A stretch of 64,000 nt of DNA from a virus (Duplodnaviria; Caudoviricetes), in the IMG/VR virus record IMGVR_UViG_3300048672_000970, positions 136,364 to 200,363 of that record. One strand, written 5' to 3'. Of the stretch, positions 26,610-36,199 are shown piece after piece. A program made the position numbers and the translations under genes. A model generated the notes under the pieces. It saw nothing but the letters and a program-made list of their open reading frames with translations. It searched no databases and was not told where the DNA came from. Numbering within the stretch: the stretch's first letter is position 1; every line of letters starts with the position of its first letter.

Positions 26610-29600
26610 ATAACACCTATATTCAAAGTCTGATTGACTACATTAATGATACCAAGCCCTTCAGGTCTAAACTATCTGAAGTGGTCGAAGAATATCATTT
26701 CACTGATGTGGTCAATGCGGCCATCACAGACAAACTTGTCCTGAAAGAAATATCTAGACCAGTATCAAAGTTCGACTATTATTCAAATGGTGTGCCTATC
26801 AGCATGCAATTACATCCTTTGAATTTGGTTGGTGATACTGGTTGGTTTTACGGCCCCGGACAAAATTCAGCCTATACTGTCGGGGTCAGTGAATCAACCG
26901 AACTGGCTAACATCCCTTTCCAATATGGCAAGAAACATTATACGTATTCGTCCGATGCGTCAATTTTTAGGCAGGGGACGTTAGCGGAAGAAGAACTGTT
27001 AGAAAATCATGATTTCCTGAACGTCAGAGGAAGCATGCAGTTTCAAATCAATCAGACGCACAATCCGGATGGGTCAGCAAACCCTCTTTATACGTTGACC
27101 GACGAAGTGAATTTGATTTCTGATGCAGCCAGTCAAAAAGCTGGTTGTATCAATTTTCTCATCGCTCTTTTTACCTATGTGCTCAATTACACACAGAACG
27201 TTTCGGTTTATTCAGCCGTCAATGCTGAACTGCATCTGCTTCTCATCGATTTAGATAACAACGTTTTGCCGACTGATTTTACCGCGTTGCAATATGCTTT
27301 CTCGTTAATTTCCGCACCTGATTTAGCTCTCATCCCCGATTTCACGTTGACTTGGTTTAACAGCCAGTTGCAAAAATCCAGCTCTGGATTATTCACGGGT
27401 ATGTATTCAAATGAAGCAGTCAAACATGCAGCTTCATACTCGTTCAATAACTATGCTGATTCAGTGATTGGTATCAGTTCAATTACTGTCCCAGCTAACA
27501 CTTTGTTAGAAGAATTTTCCCTTGTCGCTGTTTCACCCACTCAATTTCAAGTGTATGGTTCTGATTCAGGATTCCTCGGTTCATTTATAGCTGGGGCTTC
27601 TTTCACGTCCGCGAAAGTGTCATTCAATACCTCGATGGTCGGTAGTCCGACCATCGGTTATACGGTCAAATTGACGGCCAAGAATACCATCTCCATTCAC
27701 CCTGATGCCAATTTGGAAACGTGGAACATTGTCAAAATCAATCCTAAGAATTATACTCGTCCAGTGGTTGACTCGGATTCGTATGGCTATTTCACCTCTG
27801 CTAACGGAAAAAATACCATTCAGTTTTTAACTGAGACTATCAGCGGAATGATGATTTTTGAGGCGCAGTCTGCTTCCACCTTCAAAATTGAATGTGGTTC
27901 TTATCAATCAACCTTTTCTTGCAATACTCCTTTCAATGACGGTGTACTCAGTTTCACGTTCGTCAAGGGAAGTTATGATTACCAAGTAGGTGACAGGTTT
28001 TATATCGAAGTAGTCAATCCGGCTCCAGTCATTCGAGATTTCGGACTGTATTTTGGCTATGATGCATTTGGTTATGATGGCTTTGATGCCAATTCACCGG
28101 CTTGGCTCAAAAACTTGAACGTGACGAATGATTCACGATTTCCGGCCGTGTCATCAATAGATGTTAGTTTATCAGTTGTTCCAACCGCTCTATCAAAATC
28201 ATACCGGCTCGTTGCCTTACCTGACGAAACCAATCCGTATAACATCTTGCAAAAAGATGGGACGACTAATAACAAATTTGACATCACTTCCCCAGACCCT
28301 TCAATCAGTCAAGCTGTTTATGATGCAGTTGCTTTCCAAGTTAATTCACATGTCAGTTCCACCCATTCACCGGCCACTGGAACAGACATTACTTTATGGC
28401 ATGTCGCTCAATTCAGTGTGCAAGCGTTTGAAAATAATGGATGGGTTGAAAAGCAAATTGCCAATATCGGTGATACAGTTTCTATCGATGGTGTCACACT
28501 AACTATTCCCGCCAAACCCTACTTGGCGACGAAAGTTTTCTATTCACAATATTTGACCGATGATGTCAATTCATTATTCACTGAGACAGTTACTAATGGT
28601 GACATGTATTTTTTCACGGTGGACAATCAGCCAACATCCATTAAAGAATGGTACAAGAGTAGTGTCAATTTCCCTCATGTCATCATTCATGCTAAAAACA
28701 TGGGAGCAGCTATTGATGCGAAATGGACGATTACTAAGCAAAGTTCAGGATTCTTGCTCGCCGGCCTTTACACGTCTGGCAATAACGCCGGCTCACAAAT
28801 CTATGCGAAGAATTTAACCGAACTGAGTTATCAAGATTCTTATCTACATTTCACCATTGATGCCGGTAAAATTGGCATGCAAAATGGAGATAAGCTTGAG
28901 TTTGAAACGCATGCTTCACCTTTTGAGTATGCCGTTTATGGTAGTTATTCAGGATTTACCGGCTATGCCAAATTCAATGAATGGTTCTCTAACGGAAAAA
29001 TTGGATTCAAGTTAGTTCCGCCAACTATCAATCTATTCGAGAATAACACTTTGATAACCAATGGTATTTCAGCTGCTGGTCAAATTGGTGTTCAGGGAAA
29101 TAAAGTGGGGACGTATGTATTGAAAGGAATGGGGTCGAAATGGGCGCTATACCTTGGTACTCAGTTGCTGGGCATTGGTGTTAATTCCATTCAAACGACT
29201 GATATTTCAGTGACGATGCCCAATCCAACGATGGCAACCGTCATCATTCAAATTCTTTCCCCGTTTGATTTTCCTTTCGGGCACAACTCAAGTATTGTCA
29301 TTAACAAACTGCCGCAAACTGGTAATGTAGTCAATCTGAAAAAGACATCGTTTGATTATATGCAACTGGCATTTTCTGCGCCGATTACAGCCGTTACTCC
29401 ACTGATTCCTGAATCGATTGACCTTCGATTCATTGACCAAGTGCTTGTGTCAGATTTGACGAAGTATAACGTTACTAGCCCAGAATTATACTTGAACAGA
29501 AATTTCATTCCGCTAGATGTCAAACGACCCACTTATGCCAATAACCAAGTATCAACCGAAATTAACGCATTGACTGGAGAACGAATTGGTAATATCAACT

Positions 29601-30505
29601 CGAACGGGTTGTTTAGCTGGGATACTTCTTTCCACGATAGTTACCTGCCGGTCAATACGCAAATTTCTTTCCTGTACGGAAATACGGGGACGAATGAGAT
29701 GGTGAAAGTTAACATGACTGAACGCATTCATTTCTTTGTCGATGCAGGTAATTTGATTACTGATTCATTCAAAGAAGAAACTGTATCAGTCACGATGGTT
29801 GAATCGGTAGTGACGAAAGTTAAATCAACGTATGATGATGCTTTTTCGGGTATCGTCTTGGATGGTGATTTTAACGGATTCTTGCCCGGCTATTCAAATT
29901 TACCATACGATGCTGAACTATTGTCCGGTGTTGGTTATTATGACTATGGCTATGCCTTGTCAGAAAATTTCCAGAAGGCGAAAGAGCTGTTAGCAAAGCC
30001 GTCCTTGACTCAGGATGAAGAACAGCTTTTACGGGCGTTAGAAGGGGCTGTGGGCGCGTTTGTTAACGGGACGGTAGCTAACACCACCTTCGCCCAATTC
30101 GTCACCAATTTGGACATCATGCTGCCCGCCAGTCAAACGCCAAATTTCGGTATTCCGGCGTTAGGTGTTGCGATGGATTTGCAAGACAATCCGGCAGAAA
30201 CTTCGGCAACTGGTATCAATGAAGCGTTAGTGCTAGTTGATGGAACGGTGGGCATCATTTACTTGTCGAGTAAAAACGTGACTGGAAATCCATTAGGAAT
30301 AGCTTATGCGGCAATTGACAGTAACATCGTCATGCCGATAGGTGTTACGTCTGTAGAAATAAATTTCACTCAAGACATTGCTTCGCCAGTTTTTTACAAG
30401 TGTGAAGTGGGAGGGGTGGTTTCTATTTTGGTTGCGACACAGTTAAATTCACGTAAATACTCTTTGAGTGGTGTTGGCTCGAATTGTAAATTATTTGTGG
30501 GCTGA
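26603..30505 (+). CDS. Large virion structural protein (baseplate-like, 1300 aa)
   Basis: Late promoter; YINDTKPF N-terminal motif; GYDxxGYD motif; beta-rich. Confidence 0.8.
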   Translation: MSNNTYIQSLIDYINDTKPFRSKLSEVVEEYHFTDVVNAAITDKLVLKEISRPVSKFDYYSNGVPISMQLHPLNLVGDTGWFYGPGQNSAYTVGVSESTELANIPFQYGKKHYTYSSDASIFRQGTLAEEELLENHDFLNVRGSMQFQINQTHNPDGSANPLYTLTDEVNLISDAASQKAGCINFLIALFTYVLNYTQNVSVYSAVNAELHLLLIDLDNNVLPTDFTALQYAFSLISAPDLALIPDFTLTWFNSQLQKSSSGLFTGMYSNEAVKHAASYSFNNYADSVIGISSITVPANTLLEEFSLVAVSPTQFQVYGSDSGFLGSFIAGASFTSAKVSFNTSMVGSPTIGYTVKLTAKNTISIHPDANLETWNIVKINPKNYTRPVVDSDSYGYFTSANGKNTIQFLTETISGMMIFEAQSASTFKIECGSYQSTFSCNTPFNDGVLSFTFVKGSYDYQVGDRFYIEVVNPAPVIRDFGLYFGYDAFGYDGFDANSPAWLKNLNVTNDSRFPAVSSIDVSLSVVPTALSKSYRLVALPDETNPYNILQKDGTTNNKFDITSPDPSISQAVYDAVAFQVNSHVSSTHSPATGTDITLWHVAQFSVQAFENNGWVEKQIANIGDTVSIDGVTLTIPAKPYLATKVFYSQYLTDDVNSLFTETVTNGDMYFFTVDNQPTSIKEWYKSSVNFPHVIIHAKNMGAAIDAKWTITKQSSGFLLAGLYTSGNNAGSQIYAKNLTELSYQDSYLHFTIDAGKIGMQNGDKLEFETHASPFEYAVYGSYSGFTGYAKFNEWFSNGKIGFKLVPPTINLFENNTLITNGISAAGQIGVQGNKVGTYVLKGMGSKWALYLGTQLLGIGVNSIQTTDISVTMPNPTMATVIIQILSPFDFPFGHNSSIVINKLPQTGNVVNLKKTSFDYMQLAFSAPITAVTPLIPESIDLRFIDQVLVSDLTKYNVTSPELYLNRNFIPLDVKRPTYANNQVSTEINALTGERIGNINSNGLFSWDTSFHDSYLPVNTQISFLYGNTGTNEMVKVNMTERIHFFVDAGNLITDSFKEETVSVTMVESVVTKVKSTYDDAFSGIVLDGDFNGFLPGYSNLPYDAELLSGVGYYDYGYALSENFQKAKELLAKPSLTQDEEQLLRALEGAVGAFVNGTVANTTFAQFVTNLDIMLPASQTPNFGIPALGVAMDLQDNPAETSATGINEALVLVDGTVGIIYLSSKNVTGNPLGIAYAAIDSNIVMPIGVTSVEINFTQDIASPVFYKCEVGGVVSILVATQLNSRKYSLSGVGSNCKLFVG

Positions 30506-30528
30506 CCCTAAGTTAAAGGAGTGATGAA

Positions 30529-30924
30529 ATGGCTGATCGTAAAGAACTTATCCGTGCAATGATTAATGCACTAATTTTTGACAAGACTGATGAGGCGAAG
30601 CCGAATCTGGCGGCGGCGATGACTGAGCATGCCAAGGAGTTTTATGGCATGGCGCAAGCGGACGTGAAGGAAGCCGTTAATGAAGCTAAAGATCCAGTGG
30701 CTGACGTAACTGTATCAGTAGCAAAGCCGTTCGGTTTTCAAGATGAAACGTCTGAAGAAGTGGCGGAAGAATATGGTGTTGAAGTGAAGGTGATGAAAAG
30801 CAAGCTGAAGGTGTCAGGTTCTGCCAAGTCGGTGAAGAAGTTTCTGAAGGCGGTGGTTTTCGCTGATCTGAAGTCGAAGGAATTTGCCGTGAAGTGCGAG
30901 GAAGAATTCCCCGAACTGTGCTAA
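30529..30924 (+). CDS. Hypothetical late protein (N-terminus loosely like gp67 prohead core)
   Basis: AAGGAG RBS; E/K/A/V-rich; followed by a terminator. Confidence 0.7.
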   Translation: MADRKELIRAMINALIFDKTDEAKPNLAAAMTEHAKEFYGMAQADVKEAVNEAKDPVADVTVSVAKPFGFQDETSEEVAEEYGVEVKVMKSKLKVSGSAKSVKKFLKAVVFADLKSKEFAVKCEEEFPELC

Positions 30925-30941
30925 TCTGAAGTCGATGGAAT

Positions 30942-30974
30942 AAAAGGGTTGGGATGAAAGTCTCAACCCTTTTT
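30942..30974 (+). terminator. Intrinsic terminator
   Basis: aaaagggttgggat-gaaa-gtctcaaccctttttg. Confidence 0.85.
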
Positions 30975-30989
30975 GTTTTGTGAATCAAG

Positions 30990-30995
30990 TAAATA
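30990..30995 (+). promoter_or_regulatory. T4-type late promoter (TAAATA) heading the paralog array
   Basis: Directly after a terminator. Confidence 0.7.
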
Positions 30996-31019
30996 ATGGA
31001 AATGAACTTAGTGAAATCT

Positions 31020-31547
31020 ATGCCCACTCCCTTACTGAAAAAATTAGCGCATCAATCCGGCCTGTCACTGAAAGAAGTGGAAGACAAATGGGCTGAAGCT
31101 AAACACACCATTCCGATGAATAAGTATTACTGGCCGGAAGTCGTTTCATTGACAAAAAAGTTGATTGGTCTGAAAGAGAGTATGGAAAATACCTCTTACG
31201 AAGAACTACTCGGATTTCTGTTATACGCCAGAAATGTTGCTCATATTCAGCATTGGAAGACGACCAGTTTTTCTGAACACATGGCACTAAATGATTTATA
31301 CGATTTGCTGTCAGAAATGACTGATTCACTGGCCGAGATGTATATGGGCGTTTATGAGCTTGGCAACATCCCCCAAGCCAGTGCAGATTTTGACACCAAG
31401 ACTCCTGTTGCATTTGTTACACAATTGATGGTTGACTTGAAAGAATTTAAGAGTAAACTACCGGATGATGGCTTCATCGTGAACAAGTTTGAAGAACTGC
31501 AGGGCGAGATTAGTCAAGTCCTTTACAAGCTGAAGAACCTGAAATGA
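31020..31547 (+). CDS. Ferritin/Dps-like four-helix protein (DUF5856-like) with an N-terminal helical leader ending LKES
   Basis: AHIQHWKTTSFSEHMALNDLYDLLSEMTDSLAEMYMG; start likely ATG 31020 given the late promoter position. Confidence 0.7.
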   Translation: MPTPLLKKLAHQSGLSLKEVEDKWAEAKHTIPMNKYYWPEVVSLTKKLIGLKESMENTSYEELLGFLLYARNVAHIQHWKTTSFSEHMALNDLYDLLSEMTDSLAEMYMGVYELGNIPQASADFDTKTPVAFVTQLMVDLKEFKSKLPDDGFIVNKFEELQGEISQVLYKLKNLK

Positions 31548-32233
31548 AACTGGTAAATTTATTTGAATCCTCTCAGAAGGTTATCTCATGCACCCTTGAT
31601 GGCGGGTCAATTGATTCCACAAGTATTGAAAATTTCTTTTCCGTCTGGCATCCGGAATTTGCTAGTAATACATCTTTTCCCCTAGTGTGCAATCAGCAAA
31701 AGGCGCCATCTATCTTGACCGGGCAAATTGCGTGCTTGATTGATACTTTGTGGTTTTGTAGCGGAAAATTAGTCAAATATTATCCACCTTCAGAATGTTC
31801 TTTCAAAGATATTGTGTATATTGAAATTGATGGCTTGGCTGAGGCACTTGATTATATGCGGGTTCATACTGCCATGAACTCGGATGCATTTACTATCAAC
31901 AGCGGTGCGCCACGCAGCCCCTTGCGCAATTTTGTCGTTGAGGGTATCAAAGAGGTGGGATATGTCGATCAGGAATATTTGGCAACTTTACTAGCCGCCG
32001 AAAAATACGTGAAAGAACATTTCAATGATTCTGATGCATATGATGCACTAGAAGATGGTTTCAGTCACGCTGTCAAACTGTTCCCATCCCTTCGAGAACA
32101 CGGCATGACCCCGCAGGAATTTTATGGCTCGGTCAGTGTTGGGGGCTGGCGGAAGAATTTTTTAGACCGTATCAAAACTTTCATTCCATATGCTATAACG
32201 ACCACCATTATTAACGACCAGTCACAGAAGTAA
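31544..32233 (+). CDS. Paralog array member 1 (tag MKLVNLFES)
   Basis: N-terminal tag; C-terminal NDSDAYDALED...FYGSVSVGGWRK. Confidence 0.8.
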   Translation: MKLVNLFESSQKVISCTLDGGSIDSTSIENFFSVWHPEFASNTSFPLVCNQQKAPSILTGQIACLIDTLWFCSGKLVKYYPPSECSFKDIVYIEIDGLAEALDYMRVHTAMNSDAFTINSGAPRSPLRNFVVEGIKEVGYVDQEYLATLLAAEKYVKEHFNDSDAYDALEDGFSHAVKLFPSLREHGMTPQEFYGSVSVGGWRKNFLDRIKTFIPYAITTTIINDQSQK

Positions 32234-32245
32234 AAGGAAATATAT

Positions 32246-32887
32246 ATGAAACTGGAATCTTTATTTGAATCGGCTGCATCTTCTATCGACTTGCTCGATT
32301 ACTGTTATCGGACAGAAGCAGGTACTCTTGCTTGGCTGGGTAAGGATGGAAATCCGGAAGGCGACATTGACACTTATAGTCAAGGGTACAGGTTCCTTGA
32401 TAGCAGTAATCCGATTACGGATATGTCAATGTGGGTGCATATTTTTTATAACAACCCGACAGAACGGATTGGCGGTCAAATAGTGAAGCTTTTTTCCGCA
32501 CCAACCGTAGGCAAAGGCATTCTGATTTTTGATGATTCTGCCAAAACCATTAAATCGGTTGAAATGGGTAGATTGGACTCACCGGCTAGCAAAGAGTATG
32601 ACGCAAAATGGAAAATCGCCAGGGCGGCGCCGCACTTGAATAACCCGCGTGATGCGAGTCATGTAAAAGAAATGGCTAATTTGCTCGAAGAAGATGATGA
32701 ATACCGTGACGCGATTGATGCATATTTTGTTGAAATGCTGCGCGTAGTTGAAGGGTTGGAACTACCGCGATTTGTCATGTATGGAAATAAAAGCGTGAGT
32801 GCTATCCGCAAAATATATGAACAGCGGAAGCTTGGTGATACTGTACCGTCGATGGTGGCGTACAACAAAGTAATGCAAGGGAAATGA
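32246..32887 (+). CDS. Paralog array member 2 (tag MKLESLFES)
   Basis: IDLLDY; LEEDDEYRDAIDAYF...LPRFVMYGNKSVSAIRK. Confidence 0.85.
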   Translation: MKLESLFESAASSIDLLDYCYRTEAGTLAWLGKDGNPEGDIDTYSQGYRFLDSSNPITDMSMWVHIFYNNPTERIGGQIVKLFSAPTVGKGILIFDDSAKTIKSVEMGRLDSPASKEYDAKWKIARAAPHLNNPRDASHVKEMANLLEEDDEYRDAIDAYFVEMLRVVEGLELPRFVMYGNKSVSAIRKIYEQRKLGDTVPSMVAYNKVMQGK

Positions 32888-32888
32888 T

Positions 32889-33542
32889 ATGAAACTGGAA
32901 TCTTTATTTGAATCGGTGGCAGTGGATTTGCTCGATTACCTTCTACCCGATGCGGACGGTCATGGTGGGTATGGATGTATTGTTTCAAAACTTTCAAATG
33001 TGGTTACTCGCGTCAAGCGGGGATGGTATTCTAATGGATGGCAATCTTACAATTATATGCAACCGAAACTATATGGCGAACCTTTTCTTGTCCCATCTTC
33101 TCAAGGAATTGCAGGTCAAATGGCATTACTGCTGGTTTTAGACTGCCATGCTGTTATAGACGTTGTTGATGAAAAACAGCATGAGCTGACGGTTATTAAA
33201 ACGGAAAAACTGGCAGATATTTTTGAAAAGATGCTAGCACGAGTTGAGGTGTTAGCACATGAATATATACAAACATCACCTTCCCAGCAATTTCCCGAAA
33301 GCACATTCAAACAAATCCTTGAAGATGATGAAGTATTCAACGATTTCATAGATGCGTTTTTTGCAGAAGCCACTAGACTGATTAATACTACCACACTTTC
33401 ATATGGGATGAAGTACGGGAAAAATACACCAGCTTCCACCAAGAAATTATTCAAAAAGTATTGCATTGAAACCCACACTGCGATCGCTTTTGCTGCCGCG
33501 AACCAATCTCAAGAAGTATCAGACGAGGATTACGAGGAATAA
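32889..33542 (+). CDS. Paralog array member 3 (tag MKLESLFES)
   Basis: VDLLDY; LEDDEVFNDFIDAFF...MKYGKNTPASTKK. Confidence 0.85.
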   Translation: MKLESLFESVAVDLLDYLLPDADGHGGYGCIVSKLSNVVTRVKRGWYSNGWQSYNYMQPKLYGEPFLVPSSQGIAGQMALLLVLDCHAVIDVVDEKQHELTVIKTEKLADIFEKMLARVEVLAHEYIQTSPSQQFPESTFKQILEDDEVFNDFIDAFFAEATRLINTTTLSYGMKYGKNTPASTKKLFKKYCIETHTAIAFAAANQSQEVSDEDYEE

Positions 33543-33543
33543 T

Positions 33544-34191
33544 ATGAAACTTAATACTATTTTAGAATCTTCAAGCAAGATTGACCTGCTTGATTATACA
33601 GACCGTAAATATGCTAACGGGCCGGTTAAATGGATAGACGCTTTGCGTCCTTTGCACGACCAAATTAGCCGGGACGTTACCAACGGATTATACGATGGAA
33701 TAGACGCAGTTCGTTCCATTGCGGGTGGGTTTATAGCATATAACCCAGACAGTTTATCAGTTGGTGGGTTTGTTGCGATTTTGTTCAGTTTCGGATTCCG
33801 GGACATCCAAGTATTTAACATGGGTGATAAAACCGCCACAGTACGAAACATGCCACATCTTGCGAAAACACTTTCGCATTTAGGTGAAGTAAGTCGTAAA
33901 ATCGGTGAAAATCATTCAGAATTAACAGACGAGAACGATACCACCCAATATAAAAAGATGGTAGAGTATCTGAAAAATGATGATGAGTATCAAGATGCGC
34001 TTGATGCGAGTTTCGCCGCCATCATGGATTTCGCCAGAAGTTTAGAACTACCACATTTCGTCATGTTTGGAAATAAATCGGTGGGGGCCATTAGAAAACT
34101 ATTTGACAGGTACGGGATTGAAGACCGGGCCAAACATCTGATTGGGAATAATAAATTTTACCAGCAGACTGTTGTTGAATGGGATAGCTGA
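33544..34191 (+). CDS. Paralog array member 4 (tag MKLNTILES)
   Basis: IDLLDY; LKNDDEYQDALDASF...LPHFVMFGNKSVGAIRK; true start ATG 33544. Confidence 0.85.
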   Translation: MKLNTILESSSKIDLLDYTDRKYANGPVKWIDALRPLHDQISRDVTNGLYDGIDAVRSIAGGFIAYNPDSLSVGGFVAILFSFGFRDIQVFNMGDKTATVRNMPHLAKTLSHLGEVSRKIGENHSELTDENDTTQYKKMVEYLKNDDEYQDALDASFAAIMDFARSLELPHFVMFGNKSVGAIRKLFDRYGIEDRAKHLIGNNKFYQQTVVEWDS

Positions 34192-34263
34192 GTTGAAGCA
34201 GCCCCTTCAAAAACCCGCTGAACAAATGGAAGCTTAATTTTGTAACAAAGTGTAAAAGGTTTC

Positions 34264-34292
34264 TTGACTGGCTTGCTACCAGTCGTTATACT
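34264..34292 (+). promoter_or_regulatory. sigma70 promoter TTGACT-17-TATACT
   Basis: Near-consensus -35 and -10 with a 17-nt spacer; the inverted repeat gactgg/ccagtc spans the spacer. Confidence 0.75.
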
Positions 34293-34322
34293 CTACCCAT
34301 ACCAATTTACTGAGAGAAAAAC

Positions 34323-34931
34323 ATGGCTGTTCATCTGTTTCGCACTTTCGCTGCTGACCTTGACAAAGAGACTGGTAATCCGTTCGGCGAGTTTCATAAT
34401 TTTGTCCGCGCGCAAACCGCCACACCCGAATATGATCACCGTAATATATACACGCTGTATCCCAGCGCGATGGTGGCCGAACCGTTGTATGGGCAAGTGT
34501 TCGCGCTCGTGAATGGATACGGTTCGCCGATTTTGCGCATTGGTACGTCATTTGAAGAAGCAACTCAGTTGTTTCCCGGACTGAGTGACGCTGTTAAGAA
34601 AGTGTGCGATCTGAAGTCTGCTCTCACAGCCCAACTGACGGTGGAACAAGAAAATGTACCCGAGTTCAAGGAATGGAAACACCTCAGTGCTTGGGATTAT
34701 AACGAGCCGCGCCCTGCTAATTTGATCACTATTGTCCAAGCCCATATGGCTGACGATGAGGAATACCTCGACACGATTGATGCATTTTGTACTGCCGCCA
34801 TTCGTCTCACACAGGTATCTGACGTGCTGACGTTCCAAGAATGGTTTGATAACGCATCTGTTGGTCAGGCGCGCAAAACTCTTGAAAAATATTTCATGGG
34901 TAAATTCTTCTTCAATTCGTGGGTGATTTAA
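34323..34931 (+). CDS. Paralog array member 5 (untagged)
   Basis: MADDEEYLDTIDAFC...EWFDNASVGQARK. Confidence 0.8.
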   Translation: MAVHLFRTFAADLDKETGNPFGEFHNFVRAQTATPEYDHRNIYTLYPSAMVAEPLYGQVFALVNGYGSPILRIGTSFEEATQLFPGLSDAVKKVCDLKSALTAQLTVEQENVPEFKEWKHLSAWDYNEPRPANLITIVQAHMADDEEYLDTIDAFCTAAIRLTQVSDVLTFQEWFDNASVGQARKTLEKYFMGKFFFNSWVI

Positions 34932-34933
34932 TC

Positions 34934-35518
34934 ATGCTCATCGAATTGTTTGAGCGCCTTGCTACCAATACGGCTTCAGCAGAAGATTGGGCAGCATTTG
35001 AAGTAGAGAAATGCCTAAGAGTTGTTTTTGATGCAGATAATCTATCGCAAGGGATTATTTTTTATTTCAACACTTCAAAACACTTCACGCATTCTGGGCA
35101 GGTGGTATTTTTCCCATTAGTATCACCACTAATAGCTGTTCACGATGCAGACGCAGGATTTGGAAACATGCCGAAATTTTCAGCCGGAGCTATTTCGGGC
35201 ATCATCCAATGCAGGGGAACGATGGATGAAATATGCAAGAACGAAATAGCTAAACTAGATAACCGAGATGAATCTACCCAACCTAACTATACCCGTCTCG
35301 CCAGTGAGTTAAAATCGTGTGAACAGTATGAAGAACTGGTTGAATCAATGTGCGCTAAAATCATTGCGTTTACCAGACAGCCACACGTTCCATTAACCCA
35401 TGATGAATGGTTTGGCGGCGCGAGTATTGCCCACATCCGCACTCTCCTTCATAAATTTCTTTTCAGTGAATACTACCTGAGAAATCGGGTACAAAAGTTC
35501 CACACCAAATCATTGTGA
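34934..35518 (+). CDS. Paralog array member 6 (short tag MLIELFE)
   Basis: LKSCEQYEELVESMC...EWFGGASIAHIRT. Confidence 0.8.
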   Translation: MLIELFERLATNTASAEDWAAFEVEKCLRVVFDADNLSQGIIFYFNTSKHFTHSGQVVFFPLVSPLIAVHDADAGFGNMPKFSAGAISGIIQCRGTMDEICKNEIAKLDNRDESTQPNYTRLASELKSCEQYEELVESMCAKIIAFTRQPHVPLTHDEWFGGASIAHIRTLLHKFLFSEYYLRNRVQKFHTKSL

Positions 35519-35549
35519 TACAATGAGCTTTCTTGTATCTTTTTGAAAG
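35516..35549 (+). promoter_or_regulatory. 34-bp repeated extended -10 promoter element, copy 1
   Basis: tgatacaatgagctttcttgtatctttttgaaag; 32/34 identical to 36200-36233. Confidence 0.7.
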
Positions 35550-35556
35550 AGGTAAT

Positions 35557-36186
35557 ATGCACCAACGTAAATTAAATTTACTTGATATGGTTAAACTACC
35601 CTCAACCCCTTTTATTAAGCCGCCGTGGTATGATTCGCTGAAAGCGGTGAGCGCGCGAATTGAAGCCGCGCTGCCACCCCCATTAAAATATGATGCATGG
35701 GTTGAGTGCAATTGGTTCATCCCAATCAACGATAGGGATGCATCTGTAACTGGATTTATAGTTTTATTTTTCCTTAACGTCTATCACCTCCCCGACGACC
35801 CGGCGACGAAGATCGCGGTGTATGACATGGATACTTTATCGCGTCGGGTCATCAAATTGACTCCATTAGAAGCAGCGATAAACGCTATACAATTATCTAC
35901 GCAGAAAATAGTAGATGATTGTATATCAGATGCGTCAAACTACAAAGAACGTGCTGAAGCCATTGAAAATGTAAAGAATGTTTTGCAAGAAAACGATGCA
36001 TATAATGATGCCATTGACACTTACTTTCGTGAAATACTTTATTTGTGTAGAGTTAATGACCTCCCGTATAACGTGATGTATGGAGATAAAAACATCGCGG
36101 ACGTTAGAAAAGCATTCTTTTTCCATATGTTTGAAACGTTCGCTGCAGATTTGGTTGATATTCATGGTCTTTACCAAGCAGCCTAA
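35557..36186 (+). CDS. Paralog array member 7 (untagged)
   Basis: GAGGT RBS before ATG 35557; LNLLDM; LQENDAYNDAIDTYF...LPYNVMYGDKNIADVRK. Confidence 0.85.
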   Translation: MHQRKLNLLDMVKLPSTPFIKPPWYDSLKAVSARIEAALPPPLKYDAWVECNWFIPINDRDASVTGFIVLFFLNVYHLPDDPATKIAVYDMDTLSRRVIKLTPLEAAINAIQLSTQKIVDDCISDASNYKERAEAIENVKNVLQENDAYNDAIDTYFREILYLCRVNDLPYNVMYGDKNIADVRKAFFFHMFETFAADLVDIHGLYQAA

Positions 36187-36199
36187 CGCGACCTTAACA

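Noticed and set aside
18344-30505. Genome-wide stop-codon reassignment as the reason for the in-frame giant ORFs
   Set aside because: TAA and TGA end many clearly complete genes (dut, uvsX, nrdB), and standard-code ORFs tile the window densely.
35533-35556. TTG start giving MYLFERG, an apparent extra LFE tag
   Set aside because: It lies inside the promoter repeat; the GAGGT RBS points to ATG 35557, so member 7 was counted as untagged.
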